A stretch of 64,000 bases of DNA from an uncultured Thermoleophilia bacterium (GTDB lineage: Bacteria > Actinomycetota > Thermoleophilia > Miltoncostaeales > Miltoncostaeaceae), in assembly GCA_963806585.1 (NCBI GenBank), contig CAWDYN010000007.1, forward strand, positions 377,375-441,374. The letters run 5' to 3'. Shown here one piece after another: positions 30,074 to 38,805 of the stretch. The translations under genes were made by a program, and so were the position numbers. The stretch's first letter is position 1, and each line of letters starts with the position of its first letter. Below the pieces are notes generated by a model. That model did not search any database. It saw nothing but the letters and a program-made list of their open reading frames with translations, and was not told the origin of the DNA.

Positions 30074-30711
30074 CCGCCCCCGGACGTCGGACGCCCAGCC
30101 GTTGTGGAGGCCGAGGACCTGGAGGTGCGCTACCACGGAGGGCCCGAGCCGGCCGTGAGCGGCGTCAGCTCCGCCTGGCGCCGGGCGACGGGCTGATGCT
30201 CTCCGGGCCGCGCGGGCGCCGGCAAGACCAGCGTGCTGCGCGGGCTGCTGGGCCTGGTCGCCCACCGCGGGCCGTCTCGCTGCTGGGCGAGCCCGTCGGG
30301 GCCCCCGCGGTGCGCGGCCGCATCGGATACGGGCCGCAGGGCCAGGGGTTCGCCACGCGAGCTGCGCGTCGGGCGAGGTCGTCCGGGGGGCTGACCGCCC
30401 TGCGCGGCCTGCCGGCCCCGCGCGAGGCCGCCCGCGACGCGATCGCCCGCGCCGGGCTCCAGTTCGTCGACGACTGGCGCACCAGCCGGCTCGACGCCGA
30501 GGGCTTTCGCCGCCTGAGCCTGGCCCTCGCGATCGCCGGCGATCCCGACCTCGTGGTGCTGGACGATCCGTGGGTCTTCGCCGACACCCTGCGCGAGATC
30601 GCCGCGGCGCGGGCGCGGGGCGCCGCCGTGCTGGTCGCCGCGGTGCGCCCCGCCGGGCTCGGGCCGGCGCTGGGGCGCCGCATCGTCCTCGCCGACGGTG
30701 CGCCCCGATGA
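30070..30711 (+). CDS. ABC ATP-binding protein, degenerate (frameshifted)
   Basis: GAGKTS Walker A, IGYGPQ Q-loop, DPDLVVLDDP Walker B; signature motif divergent. Confidence 0.75.
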   Translation: MTAPGRRTPSRCGGRGPGGALPRRARAGRERRQLRLAPGDGLMLSGPRGRRQDQRAARAAGPGRPPRAVSLLGEPVGAPAVRGRIGYGPQGQGFATRAARRARSSGGLTALRGLPAPREAARDAIARAGLQFVDDWRTSRLDAEGFRRLSLALAIAGDPDLVVLDDPWVFADTLREIAAARARGAAVLVAAVRPAGLGPALGRRIVLADGAPR

Positions 30712-31521
30712 GGGCGCTGTGGGCCCTCGTCTCACTCGAGGTCCTCCGCCTGTGGCGGCGGGTCTGGATCCTCACGGCGGCCGTGGCCGGGCTCGTGCTG
30801 GCCCTGGTGGTCCACGGGGTGGCCGCCGACCCACCAGGACCTCGCGCGCGAGGACAGCCTGCGCCGGGGCGCCGCCACGCTGCTGCTGCTGGGCGGCCTG
30901 GCGCTGGCGATCGCCCTCGGCAGCGCCGCCCTCAACCGCGACGCCGAGAGCGGTCGCTTCGGGGTGCTCGTGGGGGCCGGCGCCTCGCGACCCGGCCTGG
31001 TGGTCGGGGCCGTCGGCGCCCGGCTGATCATCTTCGTCGCGATCGTCGCCGCCTGGGCGGTGGTGCTGCAGGCCGGCAGCGTCGTGCTGGGGCTCGGGTT
31101 CGACGGCCCGCTCGCCGTGCACACCCTCGCGGTCGGCGAGGGCCTCGTGCTGGCCATGCTGGCCTGCGCGGCGGCCAGCTCGGTGGTCGGTCCGGCCGCC
31201 GCCGGGCTGTTCGGCGGCGGCGTCTTCGTGCTGGCACAGGCCGCCGTCAACCTCAAGGCCGCGGCCAACCAGGGCCTGATCGGGACCGCCGACACGGGTG
31301 TCAGCCTCCTCTACTACATCGCCCCGCGCACGATCACGTCGCCGATGATCGCCGACCTGCAGGCGCGCGACGTGGCCGGCCCGGCGGCGCCCCGCGTCGA
31401 GATCAACCAGAACACCGTGCTGGTGCCGCCCGCCGGCTGGGACACCGTGGTCTGGACCCTCGCCTGGTGCGTCCTGCTGGGCCTGCTGTGCGCGGCCGGC
31501 CTGCGCCGGCGCCCCCTCAAG
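30708..31521 (+). CDS. ABC-2 type permease
   Basis: About 6 hydrophobic helices, coupled to ATPase by ATGA; expected stop after LRRRPL reads AAG. Confidence 0.75.
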
Positions 31522-31595
31522 GAGCGCCAACCGGCCCCCGACCACGCTGCCGGGTCGGCTCCCGAGCGAATCCCGCGAGAGGCAAGGACGCAGCT

Positions 31596-31623
31596 CAGCC
31601 CCGATATCGAGATACCGGGGCTG
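31596..31623. terminator. hairpin between convergent permease and mqnE
   Basis: CAGCCCCG-a-TATC-ga-GATA-c-CGGGGCTG. Confidence 0.5.
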
Positions 31624-31660
31624 CCGAGGACGCCGCATCGCGATGGGATGCAGCCGGGAA

Positions 31661-32749
31661 CTGCAGGCGGCGACCTCGTCGCGGTCGACGGGCTCGTAGA
31701 GCGTGCCGCGCTCGGCGGGCATCTTGCCGCCGGGGTCAGGCTCTCCATCCGCTCCTGGGACAGGCCGAGCGGCGTCTGGACCGTGGTCGCGTGGGCGATC
31801 CGCTCCTCGGTGAGCGTGCCCGACAGGTCGTCGAGGCCGTAGCGACAGCGCCTCGGAGGTGATCTCCTCGCCGAGCATGACCCAGTGGCCCTTGATGTGG
31901 GCGAAGGAGTCGAGGAACAGGCGCGCGACGGCGATCGTGCGCAGCTTCTCCTCGCGCGAGGGGCCGGGCAGGTAGGCGAAGTCGGTGTTGCCCGGCAGGA
32001 ACGGGAGCGGGATGAAGGCCTGGAAGCCGCCGGTGTCGTCCTGGAGCGTCGCGCAGCCGGCTCATGTGGTCCACCTGCTCCTCGGGCGTCTCGAAGTGCC
32101 CGAACAGGAGGGTCGCGTTGGTGCGCATGCCCTGGCCGTGGGCCTCGCGGTGCACGTCGAGCCAGACCTCGGCCGGGACCTTGCGGTCGGCGATGATCTT
32201 GCGCACGCGCGGGCTGAAGACCTCGGCGCCGCCGCCGGGCATCGTGTCGTGGCCGGCGGCCCGCAGCCGGCGGATCGCCTCGGCGTGGTCGACCTTCGAG
32301 ATGCGTGAGATGAAGTCGACCTCGACCGCGGTGAGCGCCGTGAGCGAGACGTGCGGCAGCGGCGCCTTGAGCTCGGTGAAGAGCTCCTCGTAGTACGGGA
32401 AGGTCGTACTCCTTGGTCATGCCCGCCGACGATGTGCAGCTCGGTGATGCCGAGCTCCGACAGCTGGCAGGCCCGCTCGACCAGCTGGTCAACGCTGTAG
32501 GCGTAGGCGCGCTCGTCCTTCTCGGTCCATACGGCGAACGCGCAGAACCCGCACCCGACGACGCAGATGTTGGTCGGGTTGAGGTGCGCGTTGACGTTGT
32601 AGGTGATCGCGTCGCCGTAGCGCGGCTGCACCACCGAGTCGGCCGCGGCGCCGAGATCCTCGAGGGGCGCGTCCCGGTAGAGCGCGATGGCCTCGTCGGG
32701 GCTGATGCGGCTCGCCGTCGGCGGCGCGCGAGAGGATGGCGTCGATCAT
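31661..32749 (-). CDS. mqnE: radical SAM aminofutalosine synthase MqnE (CofH-like; frameshifted)
   Basis: HLNPTNICVVGCGFCAF, ELHIVGG, TAVE, MPGGGAEVF, NATLLFGH, GGFQAFIPL, KGHWVM, EERIAH. Confidence 0.82.
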
Positions 32750-32825
32750 CTGGAGCGCAACGATTACCAGGGCCTACCGTCAGCATGATCGGACACCCGT
32801 CCCGCGCTCGCGCTAATCTGTGCCC

Positions 32826-33412
32826 GTGGCGGAGCATGCCCTCAAGGAGTGGGCGGTGACGATCGCGGCCCTCGCCGCGGGCGACCAGGTGCTGATCGTC
32901 CGCAAGGGCGGCATCGGCGAGAAGCGGTTCGAGCTGCCCCACCCGCGCGTTCTACCTCTTCCCCACCTACGCCCACCAGCGCCCTGAGCTGGTCTAAGCC
33001 CGCCGGCCGCGACGCGCTTCGCCGATCCGCTGGCCCGGCGCGAGGAGCCCGCAGCGGCTGCCGCTCGCCGTCTACGCCGAGCTGCACGCGGCGCACCCGA
33101 TCGCCGACCCGGACGCGCTCGACGGCCATCGACCCCCTGCACATCCTCGCGCCGGAATACGCGGCCAGGAGCGACTGCGGTGGCGCCGCAAGCACCCGCT
33201 CTGGGCCGCGGTGCTGCGCGTGTGGACGCTCCCCGGCCCCGCCGGTGCTCGAGGTCGGCCCCGAGCACGGCGGGTGCGTGAGCTGGGTCGAGCTGCCCGG
33301 CGTCGATCGGGCCGCCCGCCGAGCCCGTCCCCGCCCTGTCGGACGAGGACTTCGCCCGGCCGCCGCGGCGGCGGTGGAGGCGGCGCTCGCGTCGGCCGGG
33401 GTCACCGCGTGA
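32826..33412 (+). CDS. DUF1802 family protein (frameshifted)
   Basis: ALKEWAV...GDQVLIVRKGGIGE...FYLFPTYAHQ...GGCVSWVEL; -10 TAATCT just before GTG. Confidence 0.88.
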
Positions 33413-33714
33413 CGCCGCACCCACGTGCTCATCTGCCGCGGCCCCGACTGCAACTCGCGCGGCTCTCACGCCGTCTACACCGCCTTCGCGACCGAGGTGC
33501 ACGGGCCGGGGCTGGACGACGCCGTGGTCCAGACGCAGACCGGCTGCGTGGGGCCCGCTGTGCGGCACCGGCCCGGTGGTGTGCTGCTACCCGACCGGGC
33601 GCCTGGTACGCGGCGTCGCGCCCGACGACGTGGCGGAGATCGTGAGCCGAGGACCTCGGCCGCGGCGAGGTCGTGGAGCGGCTCGAGGCGACGACGCGCG
33701 AGAGGACGGGATGA
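33409..33714 (+). CDS. thioredoxin-like [2Fe-2S] ferredoxin (frameshifted)
   Basis: HVLICRGPDC...TGCVGPxCGTGP...YP..WY cysteine pattern. Confidence 0.85.
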
Positions 33715-34040
33715 ACCACACCGACGCATTCGACGAGCTGCTCGCCGAGCAGCCGTCCGACTGGTCGTTCTTCGAGGTCTACGTGACCCTCGACGACGCC
33801 CGCAAGCTGGCCGAGGCCCGGGTCTCGCTGGCGCGCGCCAACGCCCGCCCGGTCGACGGGGCCAGGCCGACCACGACTTCGAGATCACGGTGGCCAACAC
33901 GCAGGGCCACGGCGCGCGCGCCGGCGTGGTGCGCTCGGCGCTGCGCGATCCTGGACGACCGCGGCATCACCGGCCGCACCTGGGGGGGCGCGACGCGCAC
34001 CCTCACGCGCCCCGCGCCGCCGCACCGCTACGGCCCCTAG
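33711..34040 (+). CDS. hypothetical protein (frameshifted)
   Basis: MNHTDAFDELLAEQPSDWSFFEVYVTLDD...HDFEITVANTQGHGA; ATGA overlap. Confidence 0.7.
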   Translation: MNHTDAFDELLAEQPSDWSFFEVYVTLDDARKLAEARVSLARANARPVDGARPTTTSRSRWPTRRATARAPAWCARRCAILDDRGITGRTWGGATRTLTRPAPPHRYGP

Positions 34041-34047
34041 GGACGCG

Positions 34048-34487
34048 GTGCTGCGCGACGAGGACGACCTTCAGCTGCTCGCCGAGCTCGGCGGGGTCCT
34101 CGACCAGACCGTCGGCGCCGCGGGCCTGATCCTCCGGCTCGTACCTGGTGCTGCGCGAGCTGGTGGCCCACCCGGGCCCCAGCCCGGTGACCGAGCTCGC
34201 CGCGCGCCTGGAGGCCGATCCCGAGGAGGTGGCGCCCGCTGTGCGGCCGCCTGGTGGACCGCCATCTGGCGCGGGTGAGCGGCAGCGGCGTCGAGGTCAC
34301 CGACGCCGGGCTCGCGCGCGCCGCGCCCTCGAGGGGACGCCAACGAGGCGATGCGGGCCTACGTGATGGAGCGCCCCCACACCGCGACCGTCTACGGGCT
34401 GGTCGCCTCGATGCAGAGCGGCCGCTTCACGGTGGAGGACCTGCTGGCGTTCCTCGCCGAGGGGCCCGACCGAGGACGAGCGGGTGA
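34048..34487 (+). CDS. winged-helix (MarR-like) protein (frameshifted)
   Basis: YLVLRELVAHPGPSPVTELAARLEAD...RLVDRHLARVSGSGVEVTDAG. Confidence 0.65.
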
Positions 34488-34579
34488 GCGTCGCCGCGAC
34501 TCTCCCGGTCGTTGTCGTGGTCGCCCTGTTCACCCTCATCATCGTCCTGATCGTGGTGCGCAACCGGCGCAAGGGCTGA
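34484..34579 (+). CDS. 31-aa single-TM peptide
   Basis: MSVAATLPVVVVVALFTLIIVLIVVRNRRKG; GTGA overlap, hydrophobic core with basic tail. Confidence 0.6.
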   Translation: MSVAATLPVVVVVALFTLIIVLIVVRNRRKG

Positions 34580-34588
34580 GGCGCCGCC

Positions 34589-35697
34589 TCAGTAGCGCAG
34601 GGTGGTCTCGCCCAGCGCCGACCAGACGTCGAGCTTGGTGCGCACCCGCTTGATGACCTCGTCGGTGAACTCGGTCGTGCCGACCGGCGCCGCCGAGGTC
34701 GGCGGTGCGGACGTCCTCGGCGATCGCCTCGAGCGCGCCCTCGTAGATCGCCCGCGAGGCGACCGGCGCCCGCGCGCCGCTCATGTAGGGCAGCACCGAC
34801 GCCCCGGCCAGGATCATCGCGAGCGGGTTGGCGACGTTCTTGCCCTGCAGGGTGGGCGCCGTGCCGTGCGGGGCCTCGGCCATCACGGCGGAGGCCTGGA
34901 AGTCGTCGTCGAAGGCCAGCAGCTGCGACTCGGCGCCGGCGATCGAGCCGAACAGCTGGAGCACCATGTCCGACAGGCAGTCGCCGTCGCGGTTCAGGGC
35001 CGGGACGACGAGGGCGTCGCCGGTGTGGCTGATGAGGGCCGCGTAGAGCGCGTCGATGAGCAGCGGCCGGTAGCGCACGTCCGGGTGGCGCTCGGCGGCG
35101 GCGTCGAGCTCCTCCTTGAGCATCCCCTCGTAGACCGGGCTCGACGGTCCACTTGGGCCCGCCGAACACGGTGGCGCGCATGCGGCGCGCCTGCTGGAAC
35201 GAGAACTCGGCGACCGCGCGGCAGGTGCGGCGCGAGATCGCGCTCCACCCGCCAGGCGATCTCGTCGTCGCCCTCGGTCTCCCGGTACTCGCGCGCGTTG
35301 TAGGCGTCGTCGACCGCCATGCGCACGATCGAGATCGGCGCGTGGATGCCGCCGATGGGGCGCACGCCCGACAGCCGCCGCCCGGTGCGGATGATGACCT
35401 TGCCGCCGATCGCCTCGCGCAGCAGGGCGTTGGGGCTGCCGACGTCGCCGGCGCCCTCGGGCGTGACGGTCGCCGCCTTCAGGCCGAAGCCGTGCCGCGT
35501 GGTGGCCTCGGCGGCGTCGAAGACGACCTGGTTGCGGGTGCGGCGGCGGTTCTCCAGCGACAGGTCGTAGCGCTCGATGGCGATGCGGGAGTCCGGTGAC
35601 GTCCGGGGTCGAGGACCCGCAGGGCCTCCTCGAGGAGCTCCTGACCGGTCTGGTCGCCCTCCATGACGACCAGCGTCAACTGCGCGATCGCGCTCAC
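34589..35697 (-). CDS. isocitrate/isopropylmalate dehydrogenase family protein (frameshifted)
   Basis: EGDQTGQE, LKAATVTP, SPNALLR, LIDA, NRDGDCLSD, EAPHGTAP...NPLAMIL. Confidence 0.88.
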
Positions 35698-35995
35698 AGG
35701 CGGAGCTTAGTCTCCTCCATCGCATAGAGGCGCACCCGGGGCTGCTTGCCGGTGCGCTCCGCCGAGCGCGGCCAGCTCCGCGAGGGCGGCCGGGCGGGCC
35801 GCCGAAGGCCTCGGCATCCTCCCGCCGGTCCCACTCGGCCAGGCAGCCGTACTCGCCGGCGTCGGCGTCCGCGAACAGCACCTGGCGCCGGCATCCGGCC
35901 GCCGCCTCGGCCAGCCGCGCCGCGATCCGCCGGGCCTCCTCGAGGGTCCCGGGGCCGAGCCGGAACGAGATCTCCGTGCCGAAGCCGCCGCTCAT
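35694..35995 (-). CDS. ABM-like (dimeric alpha-beta barrel) small protein (frameshifted)
   Basis: FRLGPG...GCRRQVLF...EYGCLAEWDRREDAEAF pattern. Confidence 0.6.
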
Positions 35996-36687
35996 TCGCC
36001 GCCCAGGCGCACCAGGTTGGCGGCCACCATCTGCCCGGCGCCCTCGTCGCACTCCTCCATGGCGCGCGCCAGCTGGTCGGCCAGCCGCTCGGCCGCGCCC
36101 GCGCGCGCGGCGCTCTCCTCCACCGATCGCAGCGCCGCGATCAGCCCGGGGTCGAGGCTGTCCTGGCGCTCCACCAGCGGGTCGGACGCGCGGACGAAGC
36201 GCGCGTACGCGCCCACCAGGCGCTCCTGCAGCCGCGACGCCGACGTCGAGGTCCGGCAGCGAGGCGACCGCGCGCAGCGGATCGTCGCGCCACGCGGCGA
36301 GCTCCAGGGCCCGCGCCGCGACCACCTCGAGGGGCTCGGCCACCTCGGCCGGCTCGCCGCCCAGCGCCAGCAGGCGCCCGATCGGCCTGCACGAGCTCGC
36401 GCAGCGCCTCGGCGTCGACCCGGGCCTCGGCGTGCTCCCACAGCAGGCTCGCCGACGCGGCCTCGCGCGCGCGCCGCGCGCTCCGCTCGGCCGCCAGGCC
36501 GACCGTCGAGGCACAGGAACGCCGGGCCCTCGAAGGCGGCCACGTAGCTGCGGCGGCCGGGGACCGCCTCGACGGCCCGCAGGCCCAGCGCGGGGCGCTC
36601 GGCGATGCGGTGCGCGGCGTCGCGCGCGGCCTCCAGGCGTCGGACCAGATCGCGCACGGCCGCGGCCTCGGTGGCGGTCGCGTCCAT
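35992..36687 (-). CDS. conserved hypothetical protein (frameshifted)
   Basis: AVEAVPGRRSYVAAFEGPAFLCLD...REAASASLLWEHAE; helical C-terminus; ATGA-coupled. Confidence 0.65.
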   Translation of the reverse strand: MDATATEAAAVRDLVRRLEAARDAAHRIAERPALGLRAVEAVPGRRSYVAAFEGPAFLCLDGRPGGRAERAARARGRVGEPAVGARRGPGRRRGAARARAGRSGACWRWAASRPRWPSPSRWSRRGPWSSPRGATIRCARSPRCRTSTSASRLQERLVGAYARFVRASDPLVERQDSLDPGLIAALRSVEESAARAGAAERLADQLARAMEECDEGAGQMVAANLVRLGGE

Positions 36688-36748
36688 GGGTCAACTGTGG
36701 CAGACCGGGGCGGCGGGGTGCCGCCGGGCCCGGCGTACACTCGCCGCC

Positions 36749-37401
36749 ATGGCCGCCTGCCCCCCTCCTCCCCCGCCCCGGATCCCGGCGGCCGCCCGGC
36801 TCGGCGACGGCGCTCGAGGGCGCGCTGCGCGCGCGGGCCCCCGTGGAGCTGGCCGCGCCGGGCCGCCGGGCGGCGGTGCTGATCGTGCTCTACGACCTGG
36901 ACGGCGAGGCGCACATCCTGCTCACCAAGCGGCGGCGACGACCTGCCCTCCCACCCCGGCCAGATCTCCCTCCCCGGGGGCACCGTCGACGCCGGGGACC
37001 GCTCGGCCCAGGACGCCGCGCTGCGCGAGACCGAGGAGGAGGTGGGCCTGCCGCGCGCCGACCTGCGCGTGATCGGCGAGCTGGACGACGTCGACACGAT
37101 GGTGACCGGCTTCATCATCCGGCCCTTCGTCGCGCTGCTGGAGGGGCCGATGACCGCCGTGGCGAGCGACGCGGAGGTGGCCCGGCTGGTGCACGCCCGC
37201 ATGGCCGACCTGCTGCGGGCCGACGCCGCGATGCCCGGCGAGCCGGGCGTGCTGGCCCTGCGCTATCCGCTGTCCGGCGAGGACGTGTGGGGGGCGACGG
37301 CGCGCATCCTGCGCACCTTCAGCCGGGTGACCCGGTGCGCCCTCAGCCCTGTGGGGCCCGCACCGACGGGCGCGGCGGCAGATCGAGGGCCGTCCCCGTG
37401 A
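36749..37401 (+). CDS. NUDIX CoA pyrophosphatase (frameshifted)
   Basis: AAVLI, HPGQISLPGG...AALRETEEEVG, VWGATARIL; -10 TACACT before ATG. Confidence 0.9.
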
Positions 37402-37612
37402 CGCCCGCGCTCTCGCCGTCGTAGCCGAGGCGGTCGAGGTACTCCAGGTGCCCGGCGAGCTCCGCCTGGCGCGCGTGGTCGGGCGGGAGCGCCGCCGCGT
37501 ACTGGGCCACGCGGTCCCGGATCTGGAACGCGAAGTGAGGGGTCGCCGCCCCGACGAGCTGGGCGAGCTCGTCCTCGGTGGGGACGTCGTGGACGTGTTC
37601 GAAGACCGGCAC
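37343..37612 (-). CDS. small conserved hypothetical protein
   Basis: EHVHDVPTEDELAQLVGAATPHFAFQIRDRV...LPPDH; -10 TACCCT before GTG. Confidence 0.7.
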   Translation of the reverse strand: MPVFEHVHDVPTEDELAQLVGAATPHFAFQIRDRVAQYAAALPPDHARQAELAGHLEYLDRLGYDGESAGVTGTALDLPPRPSVRAPQG

Positions 37613-37658
37613 GCCCGGCAGGGTATCAGCGACCCCCGCCGGCGCACTACGATGACCC

Positions 37659-38690
37659 ATGGGGGTCGCCCGCCGCACGCTGCTGGGCCTCTGGCTGGAG
37701 GTCCGGATCATCCCGGTCCTCCTGTGGTCGTTCACCGCCATCACGCTCGGCACCGCGCTCGCCTGGCACGACGGCGGCGGCATCTCCGTCGCCGGCTACC
37801 TGGCGGCGCGTGGCCGTCGGGGTGCTCCTCCAGGGGCTGGTGGCCCACTCGGTCAACGAGATCGCCGACTGGCGCTCGGGCACCGACCGCGACCCGTCAC
37901 CGCGGGTGATCAGCGGGGGCAGCAAGGTGATCGCCTCGGGGCTGCTGCGGCCCCGGGATCTTGCGGTGATCGGCGTCGGTGGCGGCCGTCGCGGCGGCCG
38001 TCATCGGGCTCGCGGCGGCGGCGACCTGGGGATGGGTCGCTGGTGGCGTACGGCGCCGGCGGGCTGGCCGGGGCCGTCCTCTACACCCTGCCGCCGGTGC
38101 GGGCGGCCTACCGCCCGTTCAGCGGCGAGGCGGTCGCGTTCGTGTGCATCTGGGGGTGCACGACGGGCGCCTACGTCCTCCAGCGGGGCGAGCTGTCGGG
38201 GGGCGTCGCCCTGACCGGAATCGCCTACGCCGCGTCGTGCGTGGCGATGCTGATGATGCACCACTACCTGGACCGGGTCCCCGACAGCCGGGCGTTCCCG
38301 CCCAAGACGACGACGATCGTCCTGCTCGGATCGGCGGGACGGCGCTACGCGGTGGCCTGGGCGGGGATCGCGCTGGCCGCGGCGGCCGTGCTGACCGCGC
38401 AGGTGGACGAGCGCTTCGCGATCCTGGCGGCCGGCTTCGCGGCCGCCCTGGCCCTCCACCTCGCGGTCGACCCCGAGGACGCGGCCTCGGTCACCCGGTG
38501 CGAGCTGGGGGTGATCCTCCTGGCCATGGGCGCCGGCCTCATCACCGCGGCGGCCCTGGCGCCGCAGATGACCTGGGCGCTGGTCGCGGCCGTGGTGCTG
38601 GTCCCCCTGGAGCTCCGGCTGTCGGGCGCCGCCCACCGCGACCTCATGCTCGCCCGGGCGCGCCCCCTCCCGGCGGAGCGGCGCCCGTGA
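37659..38690 (+). CDS. UbiA-superfamily prenyltransferase, MenA-like (frameshifted)
   Basis: NEIADWRSGTD, ISGGSKV, YTLPP...YRPFSGE, HHYLDRVPD...KTT; multi-TM. Confidence 0.85.
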   Translation: MGVARRTLLGLWLEVRIIPVLLWSFTAITLGTALAWHDGGGISVAGYLAARGRRGAPPGAGGPLGQRDRRLALGHRPRPVTAGDQRGQQGDRLGAAAAPGSCGDRRRWRPSRRPSSGSRRRRPGDGSLVAYGAGGLAGAVLYTLPPVRAAYRPFSGEAVAFVCIWGCTTGAYVLQRGELSGGVALTGIAYAASCVAMLMMHHYLDRVPDSRAFPPKTTTIVLLGSAGRRYAVAWAGIALAAAAVLTAQVDERFAILAAGFAAALALHLAVDPEDAASVTRCELGVILLAMGAGLITAAALAPQMTWALVAAVVLVPLELRLSGAAHRDLMLARARPLPAERRP

Positions 38691-38805
38691 CGGTCCGCCC
38701 GGCGTCCCCGCTCGGAGCGACCTCGGGAGGCCATCGGGCCCGGCTTGGCCGGCCCGCCTCGGCTATCATCGGACGCCCCGAAGAGCGGATTCTTCGCACG
38801 CACCC

